Counted from the whole stretch's first letter, positions 1-12,800 are shown. The stretch: 54,735 bases of DNA, filler included, from Jimgerdemannia flammicorona (GCA_003990765.1; 3 parts of 3 records of this genome joined end to end with filler, not necessarily neighbours in it), one strand, 5' to 3'. The notes: generated from the sequence alone by a model not told the origin. Program-made: numbers and translations.

Positions 1-146
1 TTTTTTTTAGAGTCTCTTGGGCTGCTCTTTATTACTGAAGTCTATAGTTCTAACAATACAATATCACTCCCACCCTCACCCAATGCCCTGTAGGCCCAAT
101 CCTCCCCCCTCAATCTCCCTCTGCCTGAGCACCATCCAATTACCTA

Positions 147-3100
147 CTACCTGAATTCTCTCACCACTCTTCTGGGAGATACGCTGTACCAAACCCCTGT
201 AGTTCCCCCCACCCAGTCCCCAACCTCACCACCAGCTATTCGAAATGTCCAAAAGCAATCATTCCCAATGTGCCACCTTATCCCTAACCCCAACCCAATG
301 CCCTTCCTCAAAGACATGAATCCAATGCCCAGCCAACCCAACCCACATAGCCAAGGCCCAACCAAGGGTCAGCTATTCATCCCCAATGCCACCCACTAGT
401 TACTGGCGGAGCTCTCCCCATCTCCCCCCTCTCTCTTCCTCCAAGGTGCTCAGCCCTACCTGGTTCATAATATATCTCCAAAACTCCTCCAAAACCTCAC
501 ACTCACCAAACCTATGTTCAGGCATTTGTACTACTCCTCCCTCCTGACCAATATTGAAGCAGTCCTCACACTTGAATACTCTATTGGCTACCAAGTGCCC
601 AGACCAATAGTTCAATATCACATTCCGCCATAGGACATGCCACCATACCACCCAGATCTTGGGGGGCAGCCACTGCCTCACCCTTTTGCTCCAAAGCCAG
701 AGTCCATTCCAATCCCACTCCTCACCAATTTCAACCCTCTGCCAGACTTCAGGCTACAGGTCTCCACCTAGGCCTCACAGATACTCCAGACCCTTGCCAA
801 GCTGAAAGTTCTCCACAGGAACACCACCCAGTAGCAGCCTGTCCCACCACCACATCCATGGTCCCCAATCCTCCTTGGCTTCATCACCTTGCTACCGAAG
901 TCCAATCTTCTTAGTGCCATCCACCACTCTCTACCAGAAGCCTATAAACCACATCCTTCTACTCCTCTCTATGTCCACCATCACGAGCAGGTCACCTGAG
1001 ACACCATATGGGGAGTATTGAACCTCCCACAACCTCTGCATGAGTGGTACCCACTCCTGACTCCAAAGCTCACATGCCCTTCACAACCACCAAGCTTGCA
1101 GACATAGAAGCTGCTTAGTAAAGTCCACTAAGCCCAACCCACCTCTTTCCAAGAGAGATCCATGATCTCATCATCTTCAACAGCCCCTTGACCACTCAGG
1201 TTGGGAAATCTAAATGATATCCCACATACCACAGCTTCAGCATCCAATACACATTCAGCACCATCACCCTTCTGGCTAGGGACATCTGCCGGCCTCCCCA
1301 TCGCAGCAGAACATTTCCCCACTCCAGAAGCTTATGGTCCCACTATGCCTGGGGAAGGAGAGATCCGAATACTGAGAAGTAGATCCCCAAATAACACACT
1401 GGTTCACCAGCTGGTACCACTGTCCCAATGATATCGCCACTAATAATTCCAGCACCCAGCACCAGCATCTCACATTTGTGCCAGTTTAGTTTAGTATCAG
1501 AACCCCTCTCATACCATTCCACAGACCTCTGTAACTCCCCCACATCCACCAAGGAGCCCAGCCCGACCACCATATCATCAGCAAAGGCCCCCACCTTCCA
1601 ATTAATCCCTAAAATGTCCAAACTCCCAATCTGATGCCGAATTCTGTCCAGTAAAGGCTCCAGAGAAAGGGCATACAATATGGGTGACAAGGGGTCCCCC
1701 TGTGGAACCCCATGTCCTAGGGGAAAGGTCACTCCTCTGTGGCCATTAATGACCAATGCTGCCTGACTGTCCTCCAAGAGGCTGATCAACAATCTTCGGA
1801 ACCTAGGGGAAATACCAATCCATTTCAGCTCTCTCTCTAGCCATATCCTCTGCACTCTATCATAAGCCTTCTCCTGGTCCAGAAACACTAATCTGCCATC
1901 TACCCCTGTCACCCAGGCACCTTCAATCACTCCATGAACCCAAGCTGTCCCATCTCAAATCAACTGACCACCAACAAACCCACACTGCTCCACACCAAGC
2001 ACCTGCTGAGTGATTCCTTGCAGCCTCATCACCAAGATCTTTGTCACCAGTTTGCGGTCCATATCAAGAAGCATAATTGGCCACCAGTTCTTCCAGTCTT
2101 CTCACCTCCCCTTATTCTTGTAGAGCAAGGAGACTAGCCCTAAGCACTGTCCCCCAATCCAGACACCAGACCAGAGAACTCCATCACACATAGCAGTCAT
2201 TTCCTCTAGCATCTCGCCCACCCCAGCCATCTTCTGCCAAAAATCCCAGGGAAGTCCATCCTCTCCTGGGGCCATCCCTTTACTCAATGAGGCCACAACT
2301 CTGCAAATTTCCTTGCCACTCACTGGGTCCCCCAATGCCCCAAGTCCTATTGCAGAGTCAGGGTGCCAATTTCCCAACTGCCTTTCAATGTCCAGAGTGT
2401 CCATTCCTCCTTCCTCCTTACTCTATAGATTCTCTCACCAGGTTCTCAATAGGCCCAGAATCGCTGGAGACCCCACCACCAGCTCACTGTTCACATCCAT
2501 AACCCCTTCCCACCACTGCTTCATTTGTTGTGCTTGTAACAACCACAACAAAAACCTAGTAGGCCTCTCTCCCTCCTCAAGCCCTTGCCACCATAGGTGG
2601 GCCACCATTCCCTGCAACTTCACCTTCTCCTCCCTTCATAACACTCCTTTAAGCTCTTCAACCTCCCACCAGATTCTCACAATATACCAATCGGTCATGT
2701 CCCCATCCTCCAGCACACCTGCCCATCTCTCCATAAGTACTGCCAGACAACGTGAGGCCCACAGCACTCTCTGCCTTCGCTGGGTACACTTTTCTTTTCC
2801 TGCTTCCCTCTAATACCTCTGAGCAGTCACCTTCAGTCTTCTCCAGTGGTCCCCAATCCCCAGGCCCTGTTCCCGCCACCTACCAATATTTCCAACCACC
2901 TCCATTTCCCAACCCTCCCACAACACCTTATTCTCCAATAAGGCAGAATTTAGTCACCAATGTCCAGGCCCATCCTCATTTCCCCCAAACCTCCCCCCTC
3001 CAAGCAACCCCCAGTGATCAGACCACGGACACCATACTACTTCTAGCACCAACCAGACATCTGCACCCCAATACTCCACCATCAGCACCCAGTCAATCCT

Positions 3101-3694
3101 GGAGCCCAGCCCTGCCACCCAGTGGGTGTACACCCGCCGATCGGCCCAAAAATATCTTCCTGAGTCCACCAAAGAACACAACCTCTCTGTCTCTAACCAG
3201 TCACCCAACCCACTACTTTCGCCCTGTATGCCTCTCCCACCATCTGTTCTATCCATCTCCTTATCCCATACCATATTGAAGTCACCCCCCATACAGTCCA
3301 TTCCAACTTCTCCCAATACACCAGCCTCTTTCAATCTGCAAATCAAATCCACCCTCTCCCCTCTCTCAGCTGGGCAGTAACAAGACCCAACCATCAATGA
3401 GCCCCATCCAGGTCTCTTCTATATTCCCCACACCACCTGAGACCCCTAATGTCCAATATCCTCAATGTCCCCCATCCCTTTCCGAACAAGAATACACACT
3501 TTTCCCCTCCATATCACTGCACCCCCCCATTCCTTAGTCCAATCCTGTAAGTCCACATCTGCCTTATAATGAGCATCCTGTAACAAAAAGAGGTCTACAT
3601 CCAGTCCCTTAAGCCATCCAAATATATACTTCCTCCTAGCCACCCCCCATAAACCATTAATGTTTAATGAGAATATCTTAGTTGTACTGTTCAT
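147..3694 (-). pseudogene. LINE-A ORF2 (AP endonuclease, reverse transcriptase, C-terminal CCHC zinc finger), many stops and frameshifts
   Basis: APE: IFSLNINGL...LFLLQDAH, GGDFN, SRIDW, SDH. RT: APGEDGLP, FLDQEKAYDRV, GVPQGDPLSP, AFADD. C-terminal CEDC-x13-H-x4-C. Confidence 0.95.
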
Positions 3695-3826
3695 ATTGAA
3701 AAATGTTATAATAATGATTCCAGCCTAGTACTCCATGCTCATCTCATCTCCAGCCAGATACAAGCACTATTCAGCTTTCAAGTCACCCTCTACATTAGTC
3801 TGAGCATCCAGTGCCTCTAAGATTTC

Positions 3827-5647
3827 CTAACATTCCACCCTGTCCACTACCTCCATATCTGACTGATAGTCTAAGCAGACTGCATGCCACTTCTCCAGTC
3901 TCTTCCTCAAGTTCCACAAGAAAAGTGCCCTGTCACTCGCAATCTTCTGAAGCTCCTCCTCCCTCTGATCATCAACTTGATATTCAACTGACTCCAGGAG
4001 GATAGCCAGGATCTCATTCCTCATCTTCCTCAGCACCTCCTTCCCCCATAGGATCTCCTCCCAATGCCTCTCTTCCATCACCCTGAAATCCTCCCCCCCC
4101 AGCTCTTCAGCTGCTACCCCTTCCAGGGTTTTCCACATCCACTTCTCCTCATCCACTGCCTCTGCTGCACTCTGAGCGATTCATCCCCCATCTACCTCGG
4201 GGTCCATCAGTGTGCTCCTCCTCACTGACTCATCCCACTCCTCATCCAGTACATCTAGCAGCTCCTCCTCCCCCTTGGCTCCATCTGGGACACTATACTG
4301 AGAGTGCACACCCTCACTCATTTCGGCATCTGCCTCCAAATCACCTTCCCTCTCCTCCTCCACTCTACTCCAGGCCCCACCCTGGGCCATTTCTCCCCCC
4401 TCAGCCCAGGCACTCTCTTGCAACCCTGCAACTCCCTCCCCTGAGCTTCCACTGGCCCTACCCCCACCCAATTTTACCAGCAGTTCCTTCTGGATTTTCC
4501 TCTCCTACATTTTCTCCCAAGCCCTCTTCTCTATATGGACCCTCTTCCCATCCACCTCCCCCACCACTGTCCTGGCCTCAAACTTCTTCCAGACCAATCT
4601 CCTCCTCACAACTGCCCCTTCCAGATCCTCCAGAGCCTCCAACAGATCCTCCTCCTCCTCCTGGATCCCCTTCACCCTCGTGACCTTGCACTCTACTGGA
4701 CCCCACCTCAGTGTCACTGGCCAGTCCCTCGACTTCCCCATATTCTCCTTCCCAGCCAGCCTCACCCTGACATCGATGTCACCAGTCCTAAGCTTCATAC
4801 CCTCCCAGACCTTGAACCCAACATCCACAATTTCTCCATACTCCTTGATCGCCTCCACAACTAACTCCCTGGTCCTCTCCTTCAATATGGTAGGGAGATC
4901 CAACACCATCAACTGCACCACTTAGGGGTCCCAGCACATACACCAGGCCATAGGAACCACCACCCCACCAACTGTCACCCCCTTCTCCATGGCTGCCAAC
5001 AAGGTATCTTCCTCCTCAAACTCCACCTCAATCCCTTCCTTTCCCCTCAAAAACTTCACTGATGCTGCTCCCTTAGCCTTCTGCACCACCAGCCTCAAAA
5101 TCATCCTCGCCATCACTGCCAAGTCCTGGAAACACATAGTGACCATGAATTCCAACCTCGACTTCTTGAGTAACAGGGCTGACACCATACCCATTACACT
5201 ATCTGCCAGGTCCCCAGACCTCATGCCCACTCCTAGTCCCAAATTGCCAACTGCTATCACATCTGGATTTTTTGCCAGATCCCCAGTCACAGCCCCATCA
5301 ACAGTCACATCTCTATCTCCAGCCCCTACTCCTGCTCCTCCCCTGCCACCTGAGACTCCCCTGGGTACACCTCCCTGTCCCCCATCAGCAGCTGTCGACA
5401 CCTTCCCCAGGCCCAGCCAACTATTAAGGCCTGAGGCCATCTTCCCCATTCTGACCTTATCAGTGAAGGTCGATCTCTCCCCACCTCTCTGCCTCATCCC
5501 ACCCCTTCCTCTACCACCAGGACCTTGGCTAGCCATTGAGGCTTCTGACATTCCCAAACCATCTCTCCTCCTCTCCACCTGCTACCAGCCAAAGGCGCTG
5601 GTACCCCCCTGACCAGTATGCTCACTAGTTTGATCATTGCCATCCAT
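3827..5647 (-). pseudogene. LINE-A ORF1 (Gly-rich N-terminus, RRM-like core, acidic C-terminus)
   Basis: ORF pieces 4922-5578, 4505-4921, 4181-4471 and 3827-4156 lie upstream of ORF2. An ATG at 5647 is in frame with the 5578 piece. Homologous to the other ORF1 fragments in the window. Confidence 0.8.
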
Positions 5648-5740
5648 GTTGATAGTCACTTGACACTGAAAACATAGTAAAAAGTGTTGTCTGAGTTCTT
5701 GTATCACCTGAATGTTACCAGTGAAAGATGGACTGTCAAT

Positions 5741-6856
5741 GTTTATTCACTCTATCTGTGTTACCTCTATTGGAGAGTGACAGATGCTTCATCTGAACTC
5801 AAGAAAGCCAATATTATCAAAACCAATCTCAAGCTATCCATGTGATAGATATTACTACTAAAAATTGTCTCAGATTACAGAAAATATCATTTCTGAGAGG
5901 TTTGAACCCCCAGCCATAACATTGGAAGCCCTTGCCCTAGACAAGGATGGCTAGTCCTTGCAAATGTACCAGTAGGCCAAAAAAAAAGAGAACCAAGATC
6001 TGTTATCCTTGTATAACCACTACTACCAAGAACAGTCATAATTTTGCAAGAGATAGAAGTGATGACACCTTTGAAACTAATGATATCAGAAGTCAGAAAA
6101 CTGCTCAGACTTTGCCAGTAATGATGTTATCAATAGTGATATTATCAAAGACTGACCAGACAGTGTCTAAACCTATAAATAGCTTAACAGTCATAGTATA
6201 GTTAGATTAGCCTTATATGATATGACTGTGAACTGACTCAGCAGTCAGATGATCCCTTAACATGTCAGATCATCCTTATACTATATAACTGCATTCTAAC
6301 TCAGTAAGGTACTAAGTGCTATATCCATATCTAGCATAGTCTAGATAGCCCCTCACTAGTGTAAATACTCCCTCTCCCAGACCTCAGAATCTCAGACTAG
6401 AATACTTGAACAATCTGAATACAACTTCTGAGCACTTTCCCACAATATCCCTTCATACAACTGCTCTTAGTATAGCAATATCATAAATAGTGAATAAATC
6501 TATTTAATAATCCACAAACTACTCTTAAGTAAATCTGGTTCTTGTTAGGTCTCACTCCTAACCCCATCATGAAATTTCCTAATTGGGTATTGTCTGCAGT
6601 GATATGTCAATTCAACTAAGCTGGCCTTAGTTTCTTAAACTTCCTGAAATATAGAAAATTCTAAACATCCAGAACTAGTCCAAAAAAGGACTTTGATTGA
6701 GATGTTAACCTGAACTTGAAATCAATAAGCATAGAGGATATACTCCATATGAAATTGATCTTGACCTTAAGAAAATGGTCTTCCAGAATATCCAGAACTT
6801 CCAGAAAACCCTTCCGGAACTATGTAATGATTACTCTAAAAAGTAACCCTCTTATA
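5741..6856 (+). repeat. Truncated solo LTR of the Gypsy-1 family, inverted relative to 10566-11660
   Basis: Reverse-complement match to about 10566-11665 and 15442-16555. It ends CCTCTTATA (the LTR end CTTACA, mutated). Confidence 0.9.
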
Positions 6857-7596
6857 CTGCTGCTTGAAATCTACCATATACCTCTACTCCCCAATAATCA
6901 GACCAAGGACACCAATGCACCTCTGCAATGTCCAGCACATTGCACCAATACTCAACTATCAGTACTCAATCTATTCATATCTCAACCAATCCTTTACCAA
7001 CCAGATACCACCAGGTGAAAGGTCCTGACTCCTCCCCCTGATACTGATAAATACCATCTACTAATTTTATATCATACTCCACCTGAGGCCATTGAGATAG
7101 TCCAGAGGACACCATAGCTCCTGTCTCACTATCAGACCTATCTAATGTTTGATTATGCACCATATTAAAGTTCTCCCCCAGAATGTCCAAAACAACTACC
7201 TCCTAACCTTCTCAAGTCTGCCAACTCTCAATCCATTGCTTTCACTCTCTACCAACTATAAGGAGGTAAACTGAGCCTACTGTCAAACCATCACCTACTC
7301 CTCCTTTTAGTCTTCCCCACACCAATCTGTCACCATAGACCTCTATCTCCACTAGCTTGCCTTTGCCTATACTAACCAAGATGCCCACCTGTTTATTCCA
7401 ACCTGCTCTACTATACTATTCTTTACTCTATATCTCATAGTCTTACTCCCCATAAGCCTGAATATCCTGAAGAAAAACAATATCATATCTCCTGACTTTA
7501 AGCCATTGGAATAGTCGCCTTCTCTTAAGATCATTATGTAATCTATTAATATTGATTGATAAAATATATAAACTATTCATCATTATCAAAGAAATT
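6857..7596 (-). pseudogene. LINE-B ORF2 endonuclease fragment
   Basis: Minus strand from about 7583 reads MMNSLYILSINI...FLQDIQ, then ILGENFNMV, which are APE motifs. Confidence 0.8.
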
Positions 7597-9598
7597 ATTG
7601 GGTGTATGGCATCATTGAAGGGGTACAGGCTTATGGACTAGATGGAAGACTGGTCTTTTTGGATCAAGAGAAGACCTATAACCATGTTCAGCAGATATGG
7701 CTGGGAAAGATGCTGGATAGAATTGGTGTTCTCACACATTTTCAAGCTGCTATATTGAATCTATTAGAGGGCAGTAGAGCTGTACTGATGTATAATAGTT
7801 ACAGGGGTTTGATGTTTCTCTTAGGAAGAGGAGTTTCTCAGAGAGATCTGCTGTCTCCTATTCTTTATACTCTTTTATTGGAATCTTTGATGGATAGAAT
7901 CTGATAGAAGGTGGCAGGGCTCTCTATATATAGTGTGGTGTGAAAGGTAGGGGCCTTTGCAGATGATATAATAGTTAGACTTAGATCAGTGGTAGATGTT
8001 GAGATACTTAAGGATATGGTAGAATGGTATAAGGCACACTCTGGGGCAAAACTCAACTGGCATAAGTATGAGACAATGGTTTTAGAGAATAGGCTAGTGG
8101 GAGGGGACATCATTAGAACAATTGTCTCCACAGGTGAGGTGGTGTGATATCTTGGTATCTTCCTTTCTATATATGAATCTGTTTTGCCATATGGATGGTG
8201 AGAAAAGAAGGTGGCCATGTAGAGGGAGGCCCTTTGAGATTAGGAAGGTTACCACATCTCCCTTACAGGTCAGGTGTTGATTTTGAATGTCTACTGATTC
8301 CCTAAGCTATGGTATGTGACTTATTACTTAGACTTCCCAGTTTGGGTAGTAAAGAGATTGACAAAACTGGCTAAAGATTGGATTTGGGCAGGAAGGAGGT
8401 CCCAGATCAGTTGGGATACTTTTTCAGTACCAGTAACTAGGGGAGGTCTAGGCCTTGTAGATTTTTCTAAGAGGCTACACTATCTGTAAGCTTGGTGGCT
8501 AAAAAGGGCTGCTGAACTATATGGGGGTGGGGTTAGGTACTACTGATACAGAAGGTATGAGAGATGAGATTCTCCCCTTGGGGGTCATCAGGAGATTTGC
8601 TATCTCTAGTGGACCTGGATGGTAGCTGCCAACTGTGGTATAAGGGCTTTTAGTGTGGAGTGGTAGATGGAGTGCACTGTATTGGCCTATGCTGGAGGAG
8701 TAATGAGGGGAAGATGCTGTAGAGACCAGCTATGTGGAAATGAGACAGGCTGCTTCTGGGGGGTGTTCTACTTACTGAGTTTATTATTAGTGATGGAGTA
8801 GAGTGTCAGTGAGGTCTTGGTTAGGATATTTGGCCAAGTAGTTGGCAGGTAGTAGAGATTGGTGAGGAGTGGAACTGGGCAGAAGTCTGGTCATAGAGTA
8901 CTGAGGTGAGGAGATGGCTTTCTCCCAAGTTCTGAATAGTATGATAGCAAATACTGTGGAGGAATATAATGTTAAATTTTCATGCTGGTCATCTAGTGAA
9001 TGGTGACTAGCTAGACTGTGAGGAGTGTTATAATGTGAGGCAAGCTGGGGGTTTTGTGCAGATGCCAGAATATTGGCTGAGAGAGTGTGAGGTTCTGGGG
9101 GACTTTTGGATAATAGTGGGGATTTGGTTGGGTGTGGAGAGGAGGCCAGATAGAGAGCAAGAGTACTGGGAGAATTTGAAATCTTAGCTAGTGGGGGGTG
9201 TGAGAAATGAATGACTCACTATAGGGTGGGTGTTAGCTATTTGGGTAGGGCTGGCTGAACACTGGCTCTTCATTTTTAAGGAGAGGTAATAGTTAGGTCT
9301 GCAAGAGAAGTTGCTAAGATGAGAGGGGTTGATGGGTGATATACTGATAGAGTGGTGAGTGGGCTGAGGTCTCCAAAATGGATATTGTTACCACCTAGTG
9401 GAAGAGGTTTGTGAACAGAGTAGTGGGTGGGTTATAATAATTAATAATCTCATGATCTTTAATCAAGAAGGAGTAGAGAGTGGAGGGCCCCCTAGGGGGA
9501 TTGGATAGGAGTAGGATCAATATATTTATATGGGATAGATTGGTGTATTAATAAAAGAAGGAGTCTGAGTAATTAAAAAAAAAAAAAAAAAAAAAAAA
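7597..9598 (+). mobile_element. 5'-truncated LINE inserted in the ORF1-ORF2 spacer of LINE-B
   Basis: Starts mid-RT (FLDQEKTYNHV, GVSQRDLLSP). Ends in AATAAA and poly-A at 9575-9598. Flanked by TSD ATCAAAGAAATT (7585-7596 and 9598-9609). Confidence 0.92.
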
Positions 9599-9609
9599 TC
9601 AAAGAAATT

Positions 9610-10565
9610 GTTTAAAGCTCAGCTGAGACTGCTACTACCTTCTCAGCCCTTCCTCTAATGATCTCTCACTGGTCCTCACAAATTACCCTCCAGATACAAT
9701 CGCCATTCATACTGCTGCAGAAAAGATCTACTCTTTTAGCTGCTACCTTTCTGATGTCTGCCATTCTGCTCTCATCAACTTCATATCCTTCATCATCTAG
9801 AAGAGCTGCTACCATTACCATCACCAGCTTGGATTCCTGCATTACAATATTGAGAAATCCTTTCTATACCTCCTGAGATTCATGAAAAACATCCACTTCC
9901 TTAATATCTTCCTCCATAAGTTCTTTAAGTACTGTCTAATATCAGGTCTCCACTATCATTGCCAGGGGCTCAGGAGTTAATAGTCTAGAGATCCTGCTTA
10001 ACTCTTATAGCTGCTCTCTGTCTGCTGATACATCAGAGGCCATATCCACCAGCTTATCCTCCTTAGCAATCTTCTCTAAATACACTACCTCCCCAGCCTT
10101 AGGGTACTTCCAATAAACATTTGTCACTCTAGCCATATAGGTATCCTCTATCTGAGTCTCTAGTAATACTTTGATAATATCTTCAAAGCTCTCTCTCTTA
10201 CCTCCTCTTTATCTGCCCACTTTCCTCTCATTGGTATATACTCTGAGCTTCTCACACCACACATTTGGGAGAAGGATACCTCTGCAACTTCTACTCCTTT
10301 CATCTGATTCTTGACTATCTCTGCTCTTGTCTCCTCTTCCAATGCTCCCCCTGAAGGACTGCCTGCAGATGCTCACAATTCTCTTTCCTCTATCTTTTTT
10401 ACTTTCCATCAGCTTGAATCCAGACCCAATCCTTGGTGAACTCTTCCCACTTCCTCTTTTGTAGCTCCTTGGTAGTCTTCCTCTTCTCCAGAGTAATTGC
10501 TAGCTCTTTCTTCTCCTGTTTAGCTCCTTTTCTCCTTCATACCTTACACTCTTGTCCTCTAATTC
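9610..10565 (-). pseudogene. LINE-B ORF1, C-terminal part
   Basis: Glu/Arg-rich minus-strand frames sit directly upstream of the LINE-B ORF2 start once the inserted LINE is removed. Confidence 0.65.
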
Positions 10566-12053
10566 TGTAAGAGGATTGCTTTTTAGGGTAACTATTATAT
10601 AGTTCTGGAGGGTTTTCTGGGAGTTCTGGATATTCTGGAAGACTGTTTTCTCAAGGTCAAGATCAATTTCATATAGAGTATATCCTCTATACCTATTGAT
10701 TTCAAGTTTGGATTGATGTCTCAACCAAAGCCCTTTTTTAGACTAGTTCTGAATGTTTAGGATTTTCCATATTTTAGGAAGTTCAAGAAACTAAGACCAG
10801 CTTAGTTGAATTGGCATATCACTGCAGACAATACCCAATTAGGAAATTTTATGATGGGGTTAGGAGTAGGACCTAATAGGGAGCAGATTTACTTAAGAGT
10901 GATTTGTAGGTTATTAAATAGGTTTATTTGCTATTCATGATATTGCTATACTAGGAGTAGTTGGGTATGGGGAAGTATTCAGGAGTTGAGTTCAGATTGT
11001 TCAGATGTTCAAGTCTGAGATTCTGAGGTCTGGGGGAGGAGGTATTTATACTAGTGAGGGGCTATCTGGACTATACTAAATATAGATATAGTACTTAGTA
11101 CTTTGCTGAGTCAGAATACAGTCATATAATACAAGTGTGATCTGATATGTCAAGAGATCATCTGACTGCTGAGTCAGTTCACAGTCATATCATAGCTAAT
11201 TTAACTATACTATGACTGCTAAGCTATTTATAGATTTAGATGCTATCTGGTTAGTCTTCAATGATATCACTATTGATAACATCATTGCTAGCAAAGTCTG
11301 AGCAGTTTTCTGACTTCTGACATCATCAGTTTCAAGATGTTATCACTTCTATCTCTTGCAAGATTAAGGCTATTCTTAGTGGCAGTGGTTATACAAGGAT
11401 AACAGGTCTTAGTTCTCTTTTTTTTTTTGGTCTGCTGGTGTATTTATGAGGACTGGCCATTCTTGTCTAGGGTGAGGGCTCTCAATGTTATAGCTGGGAG
11501 TTCAAATCTCTTGGAAATGATATTTTCTGTAATCTGAGGCAATTTCTAGTAGTAATATCTATTATGTGGATGGCTTGAGATTGGTTTTGATGATGTCAGC
11601 TTTTTTGAGTTCAGATGAAGCATCCATTACTCTCTAATAGAGGTGATACAGATAGAGCAAATGAAGTTATTCAAATGTGTTTTGCTTCTGCTAAGTAATA
11701 AGGTCTTGTATAGTTGTGGTATATCTTGGTCTTGAGTTTGATAAGTGCAGTTCATGAACTCTTGATGGATGAGATAGGGTCCTTCTTGTCTCGGTTTGAG
11801 TTTGGTACTTTTAGTTTTCTTTTATAATAGTACAGTATACCAAACTAGTTATAGAGGTTCAGAGTCAGTCTTATGGTTGTAGTACTTCTTCTGGTATTCT
11901 TGTATCTTGGCAGTGGGTTCTTATGCTTGCTGGCATATTTTTGTGTAACCAGATAATCTCTTCAGTAACTTGTTTTGTAGTCTTACATATAGTTTCCAAA
12001 TTAGTTCTGAGGATAACATATGATTTTGGTGGCTTAGAGGTTGTACACTTACA
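10566..12053 (-). repeat. Gypsy-1 3' LTR
   Basis: TGTAAG...CTTACA, a direct repeat of 15442-16946. Confidence 0.92.
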
Positions 12054-12070
12054 ACTCTCTCTTTCTTAGC
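12054..12070 (-). promoter_or_regulatory. Polypurine tract of Gypsy-1
   Basis: Minus strand AAGAAAGAGAGAGT abuts the 3' LTR. Confidence 0.85.
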
Positions 12071-12469
12071 TTTTGATGTCCTCATCAGGGCCTTCTAATT
12101 TGTTCTGGTGTTGTTGTATCATTTGGATGGTTCTTGTAGCTATATTTGTTGAGGATTTGTTCAACTTTGTATTCTTCTTGATCATTGATAATGACAGGTA
12201 CAGGTGGTTCTGTAGTTTGGTTCAGAAATGTGTCTCAGACTTTCTGGAGTAGTGGTCTGACATAGCTGTCAACTTTGGAAAAGTCTTCTTCAGAGTTCTC
12301 AGATTCTCCTTTGGATGGATAGATTGAAATATCAAAAAGAGGATATTTCTTGGCCAATTTCTTGAGTTATAACTTATTGATGTAAGTGATCTTTGGTCCA
12401 GGGTCACTAGAGTTGAGCAGGTCCTTTTCACCTTGCAGTTTGAAGTTATGGCATCCTTTCTTAATAGTC

Positions 12470-12800
12470 AGAGAATAGTTCACCCAATCAATCATGGAGT
12501 TCTCTTATTCAACCATAGGGTTCCAAGGATAATTTCATTGTCAGGGAGTGGTATAATTTGGAGGGTAATATATACTCAGTAGTCACCAATTCAGAAGGGT
12601 AGATTGTAGACTTCCTTGCTAATAATATATGAGGTTCCATCAGCTGTAGCAACTGCTTGAGTTTGTTGTACTAGAGAGGTGAAGACCTTGAGTCTATTGG
12701 CTGTTTCTTCATTGATAAAGTTGCCTGAGGCACTACTGTCTATTATAATCTTGACAGGTGCTCAGTTGACAAAAGCTTGGAGTGTAAGCAGTTTGTCTGA
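12470..12800 (-). pseudogene. Gypsy-1 aspartic protease
   Basis: VKIIIDSSASGNFI (the DSGA active site, mutated) and NEIILGTLWL. Confidence 0.85.

Larger units (their letters stand above)
1..5740 (-). mobile_element. Near full-length L1/Tx1-like non-LTR retrotransposon (LINE-A), degenerate
   Basis: Poly-T at 1-8 (poly-A tail on minus) follows an AATAAA. ORF1 and APE-RT-CCHC ORF2 fragments occur in the correct order on minus. The 5' boundary is approximate. Confidence 0.93.

Noticed and set aside
147..3694. Alternative genetic code (TGA/TAG readthrough) to explain in-frame stops
   Set aside because: Stops are of all three types, differ between copies and co-occur with frameshifts and ruined catalytic motifs; mutation explains them.
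2313..5612. Many long Pro/Ser-rich plus-strand ORFs
   Set aside because: Antisense shadows of the G-rich LINE coding strand, which has few stop codons on the C-rich strand.
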